Below are positions 31,001-40,459 of a DNA stretch of 64,000 bases, in pieces (within the stretch, counting starts at the first letter, position 1; each line of letters starts with the position of its first letter). Below the pieces are notes generated by a model that was not told where the DNA came from, made no database searches, and saw nothing but the letters and a program-made list of their open reading frames with translations. The stretch comes from Actinomycetota bacterium (GTDB lineage: Bacteria; Actinomycetota; Actinomycetes; Actinomycetales; Microbacteriaceae), in contig JBEBAN010000002.1 of assembly GCA_041158865.1 (NCBI GenBank), positions 2,471 to 66,470 on the forward strand, written 5' to 3'. The position numbers and the translations under genes were made by a program.

Positions 31001-31875
31001 GTTGTGATTACGACTGGTGTGGCTCCTGGAAGACCAAGTTCGACAGCGCCGGAAACATTTGGTTTGGTGGTGACATCACCAACGTTGGTGACAAGGCACA
31101 GAATGACCTTTTCGCCAGCTGGGGACTTGGAGCTACATCTGAGAACAACGGCGGCGGTGAAGAAGAGAACAACGGCGGTGGCAATAACGGTGGTGGAACT
31201 ACCCCTGTTGTTGAAGACCCAACAGTTTCGGAAGAAGTTCTAGCGCAGCTGGAAGCACCTGTGGCACTTCCTGATGGCAATCTTCCTGAACTTAAACCAT
31301 TGGAGTCGGTCGTCTACGAAGACGGCGTGGCCGTTATTGTAACGCTCATCCCGACTGTCACTAAAGACGGTTTGATTTTGACCGGTCCTGATTTCAATCT
31401 AGAACTAAAGGCAGTTGCGCCAGACGGTAAGCCGCTAGTTCTGGATGAGAAGGGCCGACTCGTCATCGATCTTGATGGCAAGGCGAAGTTCAGTGGAACG
31501 GGCTTCATGGAAGCTACACCAGTGAGCCTATGGTTGTTCTCTGAGCCAACGTTCCTTGGTGAGACAGTTACCAACAACGATGGAATCTTCAACGGAGAGG
31601 TAACCATTCCTAGCGATGTTCCTGCCGGTGAGCACACCATTCAGCTGAATGGCGTTTCGGCTGACGGTCAGCTTCGTACTGTTGCGATTGGTGTCGTCCT
31701 AGGTGAAGACGTCAACGCCGAACAGCCAACCAAGGAAACCCCGGTTGCTGCCGACGGCGGAGACTGGTCGTGGTTGTTCTGGCTATTCGGTGTCATGGCA
31801 CTAGCGGCCTTCGTCTGGTGGTTCATTATCGCGAAGCGTCGTAACGATGACGAGGATGACAAAGCCAAGAAGTAG
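28096..31875 (+). CDS. Large membrane-anchored surface protein with beta-propeller-like repeats
   Basis: GGAG before GTG; signal peptide ending PALAA; repeats YVGG.F..A.GV..ADNLA.W/Y; C-terminal TM plus KRR tail. Confidence 0.85.
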   Translation: MRKIVATLATLVTLVAVGLVATPALAADTFTVTASGGATGEVGGSFSGVTKTSALAGAGSYTQTLEQTWPSGRVGLGGVGTPENWTIEYKVDGAWVSQKPSDTTTIEGVRTTGTSEYDGVSGANQKKIVTSNATFQPGSPASIPSTGRGDGWDVTVTPKYILNVFHHDSSFRLECHVRATFDVCDSNAVYQVQGYYTSNVSGLTYFNGKAYALVVNQSTNSAAMLCTNVSALPFTNCGVVDLEPGVGDAQYDLSGQQKIGNKVYAADLANNKILCFDLIANSACTEIPVVGFGRSNANSPAFTAVIGGRLYVTANKLYCFDVTTNQLCAGFPVGDFSNGGAVTNAVPKIDGANNNALTGVCTITVQVACYALNGASATVPAGLTSILGATATSFHAGDGYFETNAFIGSKIYWASNPNGYSWSSGTATCYDWATDAACTGFDNTVDVGASRYAFRLDPYNANCIWANGDNGALAAFTASTGVAGCAVDPASSLDFPTSTACSAANSVVGLYQLKVTIPNTVSMSDVRVTVFDSNRNAITNYTSLTPNGSGIIDLSALTAAQVGDDFSFEIKAAGATEQELTAMTGELIYLAKPAELCVTVDSLKSICGDTVTPGVLVAQPGIAFASATSFQRSGSALVNSNLGSRSFNVDSMDPINCSKWSTLATTNDAGLHANGGDAGIVDFVWDSNGRPYVGGYFNNAAGVEAADNLAYWNGTAWTAVGAADPQQNPINGRVAALALSNGKLYVGGDFQDAAGVANADNLAVYDIASQTWSGIGPDASTSAFNNFVRAIAVDPNSGKVYVGGNFNGKLKQIAAGATDATSVGVDGDLNRVVHFLSVASNGVLTVGGNFTDVGSSSDDYVVTWNGTTWNPISANQPFDDQVWSVARHGTKTYVSGDFDGIQVYDSGSDTWSSLGSASWDARSIAISSDGDIFAATSGFNGGYYAQWNGSAWVSLVDGDTASNASSTNSCDYDWCGSWKTKFDSAGNIWFGGDITNVGDKAQNDLFASWGLGATSENNGGGEEENNGGGNNGGGTTPVVEDPTVSEEVLAQLEAPVALPDGNLPELKPLESVVYEDGVAVIVTLIPTVTKDGLILTGPDFNLELKAVAPDGKPLVLDEKGRLVIDLDGKAKFSGTGFMEATPVSLWLFSEPTFLGETVTNNDGIFNGEVTIPSDVPAGEHTIQLNGVSADGQLRTVAIGVVLGEDVNAEQPTKETPVAADGGDWSWLFWLFGVMALAAFVWWFIIAKRRNDDEDDKAKK
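31141..31200 (+). repeat. Low-complexity (E)NNGGG linker repeat in the surface protein
   Basis: ENNGGGEEENNGGGNNGGG. Confidence 0.75.
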
Positions 31876-31883
31876 TTCAACAC

Positions 31884-32462
31884 TCAGTCAAGGTCAAGCT
31901 CCACTAGGGGCTTGGCCTTTACTGTTTTCACAAACTCGGTTTCGCCCTTGTCCCATTCAGATGAGGTGACGAACTGGACGTTCACTTCTCGTCCTAGGTA
32001 GCGTTCAACGTTGGCAGCGGCTCTTGAGGCTTCGATGCGGTTCACGTAGCCAACGATCAGTAGTTCAACCTGGTTCGGTTCCGGACCAAGCTCGCGTTTT
32101 AGTTTCGCCGCCCAATCTCCGTAGATGTAGGCCTTCTCGAGTCCGTCAACGCCATAGAGTGCGGCAGGTAGAACCGCAACTGGCCCGTAGGAGTTGACCA
32201 CGATCTGTCGCACGGGCTCAAAGAGTAGGTGTTTGCGGTTTACTTGGATGAGTCTGGCTCGGCCGAAAGTCTTCTCGGTGACGAAGTGGGATTCGACGAG
32301 GCGATCTACTTCGCGCATGGCGGTTGGCGCTGATACGCCGGCGAAGCGGGCCAACTCAGAGATGCTGAAGCCGTCGTCGGGGTTCATATAAAGTTGCGCC
32401 AAAATAAACCCCTGGGTGTCCGTGCGGAGCAGGGGAGACAGCTGTGCTGGCGATACTTTCAT
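31884..32462 (-). CDS. Winged-HTH plus minimal nucleotidyltransferase-like protein (degenerate)
   Basis: SISELARFAGVSAPTAMREVDRL HTH; AYIYGDWA...PNQVELLIVG; start ATG 32462 follows a -10 TATTAT. Confidence 0.78.
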   Translation of the reverse strand: MKVSPAQLSPLLRTDTQGFILAQLYMNPDDGFSISELARFAGVSAPTAMREVDRLVESHFVTEKTFGRARLIQVNRKHLLFEPVRQIVVNSYGPVAVLPAALYGVDGLEKAYIYGDWAAKLKRELGPEPNQVELLIVGYVNRIEASRAAANVERYLGREVNVQFVTSSEWDKGETEFVKTVKAKPLVELDLD

Positions 32463-32559
32463 TAGTTGAATAATAACTTGCGTTTTATGAAAAATAGAAT
32501 TCAGATATTGGTTTCGGGGCTGGATACGGTTGAAAAGTACCCGAGATCTAAGGACGCAA

Positions 32560-34149
32560 ATGAGCAAGCCAGTAGTGCTAATCGCAGAAGAACTATCGCC
32601 AGCAACCGTTGAGGCGCTAGGTCCAGACTTTGACGTTGTGAACGTTGATGGAACCGATCGTCCGGCGCTGCTTTCGGCCCTTGCCACCGCGGATGCCATC
32701 CTGGTTCGTTCGGCAACTCAGGTTGACGCCGAGGCAATCTCGGCAGCGCCTAAGTTGAAGGTAATTGCCCGAGCTGGTGTTGGACTGGACAACGTAGACA
32801 TCAAAGCTGCTACCGCAGCCGGTGTAATGGTTGTGAACGCTCCAACTTCGAACGTCATCTCGGCCGCTGAACTTGCTATCGGTCTGATCTTCTCGACCGC
32901 TCGTTTCATTCCAGATGCCAACGCTTCGCTGAAGGCTGGGCAGTGGAAGCGTTCGCAGTTCACCGGTGTTGAACTATACGAGAAGACCATCGGAATCATC
33001 GGCCTTGGTCGTATCGGTACTTTGGTGGCTCAGCGTCTTGCAGGTTTTGGTGCTCGCCTGATTGGTTATGATCCATACGTAACCCCTGCTCGCGCCGAGC
33101 AGATCGGTGTTGAGTTGGCAACACTTGACGAAGTCATGGAACAGTCTGACTTCATCACCATCCACATTCCTAAGACTCCCGAGACCACTGGCATGGTGTC
33201 AACTGCTCAGTTTGCTAAGGCAAAGCCAAATCTTCGCATCGTGAACGCTTCTCGCGGTGGCATCATCGACGAGAAGGCTCTCTACGAAGCCCTAAAGAGT
33301 AAGCAGATTGCCGGTGCTGGTCTCGACGTATTCGTTTCTGAGCCACCAACTGGAAACCCACTGCTTGAACTCGACAACATCGTGGTCACTCCTCACCTAG
33401 GAGCCTCGACCGATGAAGCTCAGGAGAAGGCTGGTATTTCGGTAGCGAAGTCGGTTCGACTGGCTCTTGCCGGTGACCTAGTACCAGATGCCGTGAACGT
33501 GGCTGGTGGCAACATCGACCCATCGGTCAAGCCTGGTATCGCGCTCATGGAAAACATGGGTCAGGTTCTATTTGGAATCTGCGACGGTGGTGTGGCATCG
33601 ATCGAGGTTGAGGTTCGTGGTGAAATCGCAGCCCACGATGTCTCGGTGCTCAAGCTTGCCGGTCTGAAGGGCTTCTTCCAGAACGCCGTTACCGAGCAGG
33701 TTTCCTACGTGAACGCTCCGCTAATGGCTGAGCAGCGCGGCATCGAGGTTCACCTCACCACCAACGCCGTGAGCGAGGAATACCGCAACGTCACCAGCAT
33801 AAAGGCAGTGATGAACGATGGCACCACCTACTCGGTTGCCGGAACCGTGATTGGCCCGAAGCTTCACCAGAAGATCGTTGCCATCAACGGTTACGAGGTT
33901 GAGCTTGAGATGGCCGAGCACCTAGTGCTTATGGTCTACGGCGACCGCCCAGGTATTGTTGCCGTCTATGGCAAGGCATTCTCGGAAGCAGGTGTCAATA
34001 TCGCAGCGATGCAGATCGCTCGCCAGCAGAAGGGTGGCAAGGCGCTATCGGTAATCACCGTTGACTCGCCAGTGCCAGCCGAGGTGCTCGAAGCGGTTCG
34101 CAAGGAAATCAATGCCGATATCATGAAGGCAATTGACCTACAGTTCTAA
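32560..34149 (+). CDS. serA: D-3-phosphoglycerate dehydrogenase
   Basis: VIARAGVGLDNVD, GLGRIG, TPHLGAST, C-terminal ACT; RBS AAGGA. Confidence 0.97.
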   Translation: MSKPVVLIAEELSPATVEALGPDFDVVNVDGTDRPALLSALATADAILVRSATQVDAEAISAAPKLKVIARAGVGLDNVDIKAATAAGVMVVNAPTSNVISAAELAIGLIFSTARFIPDANASLKAGQWKRSQFTGVELYEKTIGIIGLGRIGTLVAQRLAGFGARLIGYDPYVTPARAEQIGVELATLDEVMEQSDFITIHIPKTPETTGMVSTAQFAKAKPNLRIVNASRGGIIDEKALYEALKSKQIAGAGLDVFVSEPPTGNPLLELDNIVVTPHLGASTDEAQEKAGISVAKSVRLALAGDLVPDAVNVAGGNIDPSVKPGIALMENMGQVLFGICDGGVASIEVEVRGEIAAHDVSVLKLAGLKGFFQNAVTEQVSYVNAPLMAEQRGIEVHLTTNAVSEEYRNVTSIKAVMNDGTTYSVAGTVIGPKLHQKIVAINGYEVELEMAEHLVLMVYGDRPGIVAVYGKAFSEAGVNIAAMQIARQQKGGKALSVITVDSPVPAEVLEAVRKEINADIMKAIDLQF

Positions 34150-34151
34150 AT

Positions 34152-34538
34152 ATGGAATCAAGCAAGACCGCGGTACTCATCTTCGATGGGGACTGCGGTT
34201 TTTGCACAACCACGGCCAATCGAATCCATAAAGAGTCTTCGACGCCGATTGAGGTTCGTCCGTGGCAGTGGACGGAGTTATCTGAGTTCGGGCTTACCGA
34301 GGCAGAAGCATCTGCGAAGGTTCAGATGTTTGCGGACGGCAAGGTTTATGCCGGTCACGCGGCATTCGCAAAGATTCTTCGACTACAGAAGCAGTGGTGG
34401 TTCAAGCTGCTCGGGACATTTCTTGTAATTCCACCATTTAGTTGGGGTGCAAGACTTGGCTACTTCTATGTGGCGAAGTATCGTCACAAGTTGCCAGGTG
34501 GTACTCCGGCTTGTGCTGTGCCTAAAACTACTCGGTAG
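34152..34538 (+). CDS. DCC-family (DUF393) thiol-disulfide oxidoreductase
   Basis: LIFDGDCGFC; C-terminal RHKLPGGTPAC. Confidence 0.88.
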   Translation: MESSKTAVLIFDGDCGFCTTTANRIHKESSTPIEVRPWQWTELSEFGLTEAEASAKVQMFADGKVYAGHAAFAKILRLQKQWWFKLLGTFLVIPPFSWGARLGYFYVAKYRHKLPGGTPACAVPKTTR

Positions 34539-34830
34539 CGCGGCCGGAAGCGATCCAGCCTAGGGTTCCACCGGCAACCGAAACAGCATCGATGCCATTG
34601 GCTTCAAGGATGTCGGCTCCCTTTAGTGAGCGAGCGCCGGAGCGGCAAATTACAAAAACGCGAGATCCGTCTTCAACTTCGTTGATGCGGTCTTCAAGCT
34701 GACCAAGCGGAATGAGAACAACTCCAGGAACATGAACTTCGTCGTATTCCTCTTGTTCGCGAACGTCGAGCACGTAGGCTCCGTGGCTGATTGCGTCGGC
34801 TAGGTCGTCGATGGTTACTTCGGTGGCCAC
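34528..34830 (-). CDS. Rhodanese-like domain protein
   Basis: VLDVREQEEY...HVPG..LIPL, ICRSGARS, VAGGTLGW; AAGGAG before GTG 34830. Confidence 0.9.
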   Translation of the reverse strand: MATEVTIDDLADAISHGAYVLDVREQEEYDEVHVPGVVLIPLGQLEDRINEVEDGSRVFVICRSGARSLKGADILEANGIDAVSVAGGTLGWIASGRATE

Positions 34831-34884
34831 GGTTTCTCCTTTAGGTTGGCGGTATTTCAAGTTTAGTTTTGGGAGACTGGGTGC

Positions 34885-35502
34885 ATGGGCAAAGTTACGG
34901 CTGATTACTGGGACGACAAATACAAGGTCGAAGAGTTCGTTTACACGAAGACCGAGAATCGGTTCGTGGTGGAGTATTGCTCACCACTAAAGCCCGGGCG
35001 GGTAATTGACCTAGCCGGCGGTGAAGGTCGTAACTCGGTTTGGTTTGCTAAACACGGCTGGCAGGTCGAGAACATCGACTTCTCGGCTGTGGCTCTGGAG
35101 AAGTATGCGGCTTATGCGTCGGAGTCTGGGGTTTCGGCGTCTTGTTTGGCGACTGTTGCCGATGCTTTGTCATTCGTTCCTCAGATGGATGAAGTTGACC
35201 TAGGTGTTATTGGTTATTTGCAGATTCCTTCCGGTGATCTTCGCAAGGCGATACGTCGGTTGGGTAAGCACGTGGTTTCTGGTGGTCACCTGTTCGGCGT
35301 TTGGCATGCTCGTGCGAATCTGAAGGGCGGATTCGGTGGTCCTCGTGATCCTCGTGTTTTGCCGTCCGTTGGATTTTTAAAGCGAGCGCTTTGGGGTCAG
35401 GGGTTTGATCTGATTGAGTGTCGTCTTCGTGATGGGCAGATTCAGACCAAGGAAGGCCTGAAACCTTCGATAACGGTAGTGCTACTAGCCCGCAAACGCT
35501 AG
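34885..35502 (+). CDS. Class I SAM-dependent methyltransferase
   Basis: WDDKY, VIDLAGGEGRNSVWFA..GW.V..IDFS. Confidence 0.88.
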   Translation: MGKVTADYWDDKYKVEEFVYTKTENRFVVEYCSPLKPGRVIDLAGGEGRNSVWFAKHGWQVENIDFSAVALEKYAAYASESGVSASCLATVADALSFVPQMDEVDLGVIGYLQIPSGDLRKAIRRLGKHVVSGGHLFGVWHARANLKGGFGGPRDPRVLPSVGFLKRALWGQGFDLIECRLRDGQIQTKEGLKPSITVVLLARKR

Positions 35503-35550
35503 GGTCGGGCAAGTAGAGTAGAGAGAAACCACACTGTTTGGAGCATCATC

Positions 35551-36588
35551 TTGACTCGTGAATACAAGATTGCAGTCATCGGCGGAGACGGCATTGGGCC
35601 AGAGGTCACCGCTATCGCGCTAGAGGCGATTCGTAAGGTAACCGCCGGTTCTGGCGTTGAGTTCAAGACCACCGAGTATGACCTTGGCGCTCGCCGTTAC
35701 CTAGCTACCGGTGAGACCATCACCGATGCCGACTTCGCAACTCTTGCGGAGCACGACGCAATCTTGCTCGGCGCTATCGGTGACCCTCGAGTTCCATCAG
35801 GTGTCCTCGAGCGTCAGCTTCTACTGAAGCTTCGTTTTACTTTTGATCACTACGTGAACCTACGCCCAACCAAGATTTACGCTGGTGTGCAGTCGCCGCT
35901 GCGCGACCACGGCAACGTTGACTTCGTTGTGGTTCGTGAAGGAACCGAGGGTCCATACGTTGGAAACGGTGGTGCGATTCGTGTTGGCACTCCAAACGAG
36001 GTAGCCAACGAAGTTTCAGTGAACACCAAGTTCGGTGTTGAGCGTTTGGTTCGCTACGCATTCGAGCTAGCTGCCGAGCGCGACCGCAAGAAGCTCACCC
36101 TGGTTCACAAGCACAACGTTTTGGTTCACGCCGGTTGGCTATGGCAGAACACCGTGAACGAGGTTGCTGCCGAGTTCCCTGGTGTGAAGGTGGACTACCT
36201 ACACGTTGACGCCGCGACGATTTTCATGGTCACCGATCCTGAACGCTTCGACGTCATCGTCACCGACAACCTGTTCGGTGACATCCTCACAGATTTGGCC
36301 GCCGCAATCGGTGGTGGCATCGGGCTAGGAGCCTCTGGAAACATCAACCCAGACGGCAACTTCCCAAGCATGTTCGAACCGGTACATGGTTCGGCACCGG
36401 ATATCGCCGGCAAGAACCTTGCCGACCCAACCGCAGCCATTCTTTCGGCGGCTCTGCTACTTGAGCACCTGAAGAACCCGGTGGCTGCTGCTCGAATCGA
36501 ACGTGCTGTGGCAGATGACTTGGCTACCCGCGGTGATGCAAAGCGCACCACCCAGGAAGTTGCAGCCAGCATCTTGGCCCGCCTCTAA
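35551..36588 (+). CDS. leuB: 3-isopropylmalate dehydrogenase
   Basis: [36 protein letters not shown]. Confidence 0.96.
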   Translation: MTREYKIAVIGGDGIGPEVTAIALEAIRKVTAGSGVEFKTTEYDLGARRYLATGETITDADFATLAEHDAILLGAIGDPRVPSGVLERQLLLKLRFTFDHYVNLRPTKIYAGVQSPLRDHGNVDFVVVREGTEGPYVGNGGAIRVGTPNEVANEVSVNTKFGVERLVRYAFELAAERDRKKLTLVHKHNVLVHAGWLWQNTVNEVAAEFPGVKVDYLHVDAATIFMVTDPERFDVIVTDNLFGDILTDLAAAIGGGIGLGASGNINPDGNFPSMFEPVHGSAPDIAGKNLADPTAAILSAALLLEHLKNPVAAARIERAVADDLATRGDAKRTTQEVAASILARL

Positions 36589-36597
36589 GGAACAAAA

Positions 36598-37686
36598 ATG
36601 ACTTACAACTGGAAAATCACTCGCAATGAGAACCCGCTTCCTACGGGCGAGCGCGACGCCGTCCTAGCTGCACCTGTTTTCGGTGCCGTGCGCACCGACC
36701 ACCAGGTCGTCTGTGTTTGGGAAGAGGGCCAGGGTTGGACCTCGGCTGAGGTTATCCCTTACGGACCGATCCTGATGGACCCTGCTTCGGCAGTACTTCA
36801 CTACGGTCAGGAAATTTTCGAAGGCATCAAGGCCTATCGTCACGCCGACGGCTCGGTCTGGACCTTCCGCCCAGAAGACAACGCTCGTCGTCTGCAGCTT
36901 TCAGCTCGTCGCATGGCGTTGCCTGAAGTTCCGGTTGAACTGTTCGTGCAGTCGCTCGAGAAGCTAATGGAAGTTGACTCCGCTTGGGTTCCAGAACCTA
37001 AGGATGAGAAGACTCTCTACATTCGTCCGTTCGAGATTGCAGCAGAAGACTTCCTGGGCGTTCGCCCGGCTCACCGCGCCGAATACCGCGTGATCGCTAG
37101 CCCGGTCGGCCCTTACTTCACCGGTGGAATCAAGCCTGTGAAGATTTGGATTGCGCTTGACTCGGCTCGTGCCGGAAAGCACGGAACCGGTGAGGCTAAG
37201 ACCGGCGGTAACTACGCCGCATCGCTACTGGCTCAGACCGAAGGTTATGCGCAGGGCTGCTCGCAGGTTATGTTCCTGGATGCCGAGACCGGCACCTACA
37301 TCGAAGAGCTCGGTGGCATGAACCTATTCTTCGTTTACAAGGACGGTCACGTGGCCACTCCTTCGCTCGACGGAACCATCCTTCGTGGAATCACCCGCGC
37401 TTCGATCATTCAGTTGATCAAGGACCGCGGAATCAACATCGAAGAGCGCAAAATCACCTTGGACGAGATGCGTAACGGAATTAACTCCGGCAAAATCGTC
37501 GAAGTATTTGCCTGTGGAACCGCTGCGGTTATCACCCCGGTTGGTCAGTTCCAGAGCAAGAACGAAACCATTGGCTCTGCCGATGCCGAGCCTGGCAAAC
37601 TAACCGTTTCGCTGCGTGAAGAGCTCACCGGAATCCAGTACGGCAAGGTCGAAGACCGCCACAACTGGCTCTACAGATTGGCATAA
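36598..37686 (+). CDS. ilvE: Branched-chain amino acid aminotransferase
   Basis: LHYGQEIFEGIKAYR, AKTGGNYAASL, EELGGMNLF, TILRGITR. Confidence 0.96.
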   Translation: MTYNWKITRNENPLPTGERDAVLAAPVFGAVRTDHQVVCVWEEGQGWTSAEVIPYGPILMDPASAVLHYGQEIFEGIKAYRHADGSVWTFRPEDNARRLQLSARRMALPEVPVELFVQSLEKLMEVDSAWVPEPKDEKTLYIRPFEIAAEDFLGVRPAHRAEYRVIASPVGPYFTGGIKPVKIWIALDSARAGKHGTGEAKTGGNYAASLLAQTEGYAQGCSQVMFLDAETGTYIEELGGMNLFFVYKDGHVATPSLDGTILRGITRASIIQLIKDRGINIEERKITLDEMRNGINSGKIVEVFACGTAAVITPVGQFQSKNETIGSADAEPGKLTVSLREELTGIQYGKVEDRHNWLYRLA

Positions 37687-37687
37687 A

Positions 37688-38449
37688 TTGAAAATCGCAA
37701 AGTTCCTAGCCGGTGGAGTTCCTGCTTGGGGTATGGTCGACGGGCCTGAACTCGTTGTGTTCAAGGGTCACCCGCTTTTCAATGACTACGAGACCAGCGG
37801 CGACCGCATTCCGCTAAAGGATGTTCAACTGCTTCCTCCGGTTCTTCCAACCACCAAGATCCTCTGCATTGGTAAGAACTATCAGGAGCACGCAGATGAG
37901 ATGGGTCTCGGAACCCCAACCGAGCCGCTGATTTTCTTCAAGCCAACCAGCGCACTAATTGGACCTGAAGAAAGCATTGTCATCCCTTCTCACGTGACCA
38001 CCGATGTTGACCCTGAGGGCGAACTGGTGATTGTGATTGGCGCTCTAGCTAAGAACGTTTCCGAAGAAGACGCCATGGACTACGTCTGGGGCTTCACCAT
38101 CGGTAACGACATCTCGGCTCGCGACATCCAGACCAAAGACGGCCAGTGGGCCAGAGCCAAGGGCTTCGACACCTTCTGCCCGCTAGGACCATGGATCGAA
38201 ACCGAGTTCGTTCCTGAGGGGCAAATCTTGGAAACTCGCGTCAACGGCGAAACCCGTCAGCGCGCGGCCACCAACAGCACAATCTTCGATATTCCTCGCA
38301 TCATTCAGCACGTAACCGAGGCAATGACCCTCCTGCCTGGTGACGTGATCTTCACCGGAACGCCAGCTGGCATTCAGAACATTGCTCCTGGCGATGTGGT
38401 GGAGATTGAGATCGAGGGCATCGGAGTTCTGCGCAACCCTGTCGCCTAG
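37688..38449 (+). CDS. Fumarylacetoacetate hydrolase family protein
   Basis: [50 protein letters not shown]. Confidence 0.92.
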   Translation: MKIAKFLAGGVPAWGMVDGPELVVFKGHPLFNDYETSGDRIPLKDVQLLPPVLPTTKILCIGKNYQEHADEMGLGTPTEPLIFFKPTSALIGPEESIVIPSHVTTDVDPEGELVIVIGALAKNVSEEDAMDYVWGFTIGNDISARDIQTKDGQWARAKGFDTFCPLGPWIETEFVPEGQILETRVNGETRQRAATNSTIFDIPRIIQHVTEAMTLLPGDVIFTGTPAGIQNIAPGDVVEIEIEGIGVLRNPVA

Positions 38450-38462
38450 ACTTGAAGGCATC

Positions 38463-39959
38463 ATGACTTCAGGTATTACCGCTCCCTTTACAACCGCGAC
38501 CGGCTCAGACGTCGTAGTTCGCTTCTGCCCTTCTCCAACCGGTCTTCCGCACGTTGGTTTGGTTCGCACTGCGCTGTTCAACTGGGCTTATGCTCGCCAT
38601 ACCGGCGGTAAGTTCGTCTTCCGCATTGAAGACACCGACGCCGAGCGTGACAGCGAAGAGTCGTTCGATATGATCCTTGACGCCCTTGGTTGGCTTGGTC
38701 TGAACTGGGACGAGGGTGTGAACGTTGGTGGTCCTAACGAGCCATACCGCCAGTCTGAGCGTGGCTACATCTACCAAGAGGTAATCGAGAAGCTGAAGGC
38801 TTCCGGTCACATCTATGAGTCCTACATGGGCGCCGAAGACATAGATGCTCGCAACGAGGCCGAGGGTCGACCAAAGCAGCAGGGTTATGGCAACTGGGAA
38901 CGCGATGAGAACGAGCGTGCCAAGTACCGCAAGGACGGCGTTTCGCCAGCTCTAAGACTTCGCGTGCCAGACGTTGACATCAAGTTTGATGACCTGGTTC
39001 GTGGCGAGATTGTTTTCCCTGCCGGTTCGTTCCCAGACTTCGTTGTGGTCCGCCCGAACGGTCAGCCGCTCTACACGTTGGTGAATCCGGTCGATGACGC
39101 ACTCATGGGTATCACTCACGTGCTTCGCGGAGAAGACCTGCTGTCTTCGACCCCACGTCAGATCGCGCTTTACAACGCAATGGTTGAGGCTGGAATTACA
39201 ACTTTCATCCCACGCTTCGGTCACCTGCCTTACGTCATGGGCGAGGGCACCAAGAAGCTTTCGAAGCGCGACCCTGAGGCGAATCTGTTCCACCACCGCG
39301 ACCGCGGATTCATCCCGGAGGGTTTGCTCAACTACCTATCGCTACTCGGTTGGGGTCTATCTGCAGACCAGGACGTCTTCACCATGGAAGAGCTCGTTGC
39401 TGCGTTCGATGTTGAGAACGTGAACCCGAACCCTGCGCGCTTCGACCAGAAGAAGGCAGATGCCATCAACGCAGCACACATTCGTCTGCTCGCTCCAGCT
39501 GATTTCAAAGATCGCGTCATTCCTTACCTGCAGTCCGCTGGTGTATTGGGTGCTCACGTTTCTGAGGCTGAGGATGCAATCCTGAATGAGGCTTGCCCAC
39601 TGATCCAGGAGCGAGTCACAGTGCTTTCCGAGGCCGTACCAATGCTCGGATTCCTATTCAGCGACTCGGTTGAGATCCAGGACGACGCCAAGGCAGGTCT
39701 TCCTGCAAACGCCAAGGAGATCGCGCTTGCGGCTCACTCTGCACTGGTATCGCTTGGTGAATGGAAGACCGCTGCGATTCAGGAACTTCTAAACGCTACC
39801 TTGATCGAGGGCATGGGGCTAAAGCCTCGCGATGCCTTTGGTCCGATCCGTACCGCGATGTCTGGCCGCCGCGTTTCGCCACCGCTTTTTGAGTCGATGG
39901 AGATTCTAGGCAAGGAGAAGAGCCTGGCTCGTCTGGAAGTGTTTGCCAACAGCCTCTAA
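38463..39959 (+). CDS. gltX: Glutamate--tRNA ligase
   Basis: [12 protein letters not shown] (HIGH), RIEDTD, KKLSKR (KMSKS). Confidence 0.97.
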   Translation: MTSGITAPFTTATGSDVVVRFCPSPTGLPHVGLVRTALFNWAYARHTGGKFVFRIEDTDAERDSEESFDMILDALGWLGLNWDEGVNVGGPNEPYRQSERGYIYQEVIEKLKASGHIYESYMGAEDIDARNEAEGRPKQQGYGNWERDENERAKYRKDGVSPALRLRVPDVDIKFDDLVRGEIVFPAGSFPDFVVVRPNGQPLYTLVNPVDDALMGITHVLRGEDLLSSTPRQIALYNAMVEAGITTFIPRFGHLPYVMGEGTKKLSKRDPEANLFHHRDRGFIPEGLLNYLSLLGWGLSADQDVFTMEELVAAFDVENVNPNPARFDQKKADAINAAHIRLLAPADFKDRVIPYLQSAGVLGAHVSEAEDAILNEACPLIQERVTVLSEAVPMLGFLFSDSVEIQDDAKAGLPANAKEIALAAHSALVSLGEWKTAAIQELLNATLIEGMGLKPRDAFGPIRTAMSGRRVSPPLFESMEILGKEKSLARLEVFANSL

Positions 39960-39989
39960 TCGCCTGTAATATGGAGCGGTTGCACACTT

Positions 39990-40061
39990 TGGGATATGGT
40001 GTAATTGGCAACACGAAGGTTTCTGGTTCCTTTGTTCTAGGTTCGAGTCCTGGTATCCCAG
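39990..40061 (+). tRNA. tRNA-Gln (anticodon CTG)
   Basis: Acceptor stem TGGGATA/TATCCCA, D arm GTGT/ACAC, loop TT-CTG-GT, T arm CTAGG-TTCGAGT-CCTGG; CCA not encoded. Confidence 0.95.
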
Positions 40062-40062
40062 C

Positions 40063-40100
40063 AAACGCAAAAACGGCCCCTAGCGGGTCGTTTTTCGTTT
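40063..40100 (+). terminator. Intrinsic terminator after tRNA-Gln
   Basis: AAAAACGGCCC-ctagc-GGGTCGTTTTT followed by CGTTT. Confidence 0.75.
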
Positions 40101-40111
40101 AATCTGAAGGC

Positions 40112-40459
40112 ATGGAAACCGTTGAAGATTACTACGCCGCGCAGTCCACTGAGAATCGCAAGGCGTTGCAGCGCGTGCAGAAGATCGTTGAGAAGACTTT
40201 GGGGGAGTGCACGGTTTCACTCTCTTACCAAATCATCGGTTTTCGTTATAAGAAGAAGTACGTGGCTTATATCTCCGGTTGGAAAGACCACCTGAGTTTT
40301 CACGGATTCAGTGTTTCACTGGGCAACGAGCTGGTTGCGAAGTACCCCGACTACCTGAAACTTAAGGGACGCACGTTGCACTTTCAGCCGACGCCTGAAA
40401 TCCCAGAGTCGATGGTTCGCGAGCTAGTCCAGGCGCGAGTCGCCGAAATCGGGCTATAG
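40112..40459 (+). CDS. DUF1801/YdhG-like protein
   Basis: TVEDY...LSYQI.GF.Y...KDHLSF...TLHF...IP...VRELV..R. Confidence 0.8.
   Translation: METVEDYYAAQSTENRKALQRVQKIVEKTLGECTVSLSYQIIGFRYKKKYVAYISGWKDHLSFHGFSVSLGNELVAKYPDYLKLKGRTLHFQPTPEIPESMVRELVQARVAEIGL

Noticed and set aside
32463-32699. N-terminal extension of the wHTH-NTase ORF
   Set aside because: It is antisense to the serA 5' end; the domain begins at ATG 32462
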